NCBI GenBank assembly: GCA_013239625.1
Contig: MU054001.1
Span: 2,176,151-2,240,150, forward strand
DNA from: Lama guanicoe
Lineage: Eukaryota
DNA: 64,000 bases
Direction: 5' to 3'
Shown: piece by piece, positions 63,400 through 64,000 of the stretch
Position numbering within the stretch: position 1 is the stretch's first letter
Layout: every line of letters begins with the position of its first letter
Translations under genes and position numbers: made by a program
The notes under the pieces: generated by a model
Told to the model about the DNA's origin: nothing
What the model saw: the letters and a program-made list of their open reading frames with translations, nothing else
The model's database searches: none

Positions 63400-63760
63400 T
63401 AAGCACACCCTGATTTTCCCTCCCCCACCTTCAGCCCATATGCTTAGATAGAGCTCCATGTCTGGGTCATGGATGTAGCACATCATTAGGCCGGTCCACA
63501 AATAGGATTCTTCTGGCCTGAGTAACTGGTTCAGGAATGATGCTTGATTGAATTAAAGCCCATGAGACATGATGAGGTTTTTGCTAGGAATGCCAGGAGA
63601 GCCATGGGCCCCTGGCATGAAAGCAGAGAGGACGTAGATTCTAGAGCAACTGGCACCATCTTGCTTCTATGTGGAACTGGAGGATGAAGCCAACACAGCC
63701 AAGACTCAGCTGAAAGAGAGAGACAGAGAGAGAGAGAGAGAGACTGAGTCCCCATGACTG
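63400..63760 (+). mobile_element. Old MLT1 LTR
   Basis: gtaactggttcaggaatg...ggcaccatcttgc...gaggatgaagccaacacag...gagagactgagtccccatgac. Confidence 0.55.
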
Positions 63761-64000
63761 AGTTCTCTCCTCCCTGCTGCTCAGGCAGTTCAGTAGCAAA
63801 GTTTGAGCAGAATATCCTGAGACAGTTTTTCCCATATCGTGGGTGGTAACCCACTGGTGAGTTTTAATAACAAATTCAGTGCATCACCAGGAGCATTAAA
63901 AAAACAAAAAGAATAACTGGGTTTTAATGAAATATATTTGCTGTTAAGAGATCAAAAATGTTTTAAAGCCACTGCTAGTAAGTGATCAATTTTTGTAACT

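Overview
Mammalian non-coding DNA, most likely camelid (alpaca/camel). This is inferred from a vic-1-like tRNA-Ala SINE at ~57.2 kb and the absence of recognisable Alu, B1/B2, Bov-tA, PRE-1 or SINEC copies. I recognise no host protein-coding exon, RNA gene or prokaryotic-type system. The window reads as a large intron or gene desert made of layered transposons (L1, L2, MIR, MaLR LTRs, hAT and Tigger elements, one ancient CR1 fragment), separated by repeat-free blocks that may be conserved enhancers. The largest feature is a ~7.7 kb full-length but inactivated L1 on the minus strand (29566-37238), with a 493-N gap over its RT core. The most interesting object is a second, TSD-flanked 2.1 kb L1 derivative (53099-55221). 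It lacks the AT-rich 5'UTR block exactly at a polypyrimidine-AG acceptor (apparently spliced), keeps ORF1, has lost almost all of ORF2, and has a doubled 3' end. Comparing the two L1 copies suggests this lineage has a 5'UTR intron, plus a splice acceptor and uORF in its long inter-ORF region. Repeat family names come from recalled consensus sequences, not from a search, and boundaries without TSDs are approximate.
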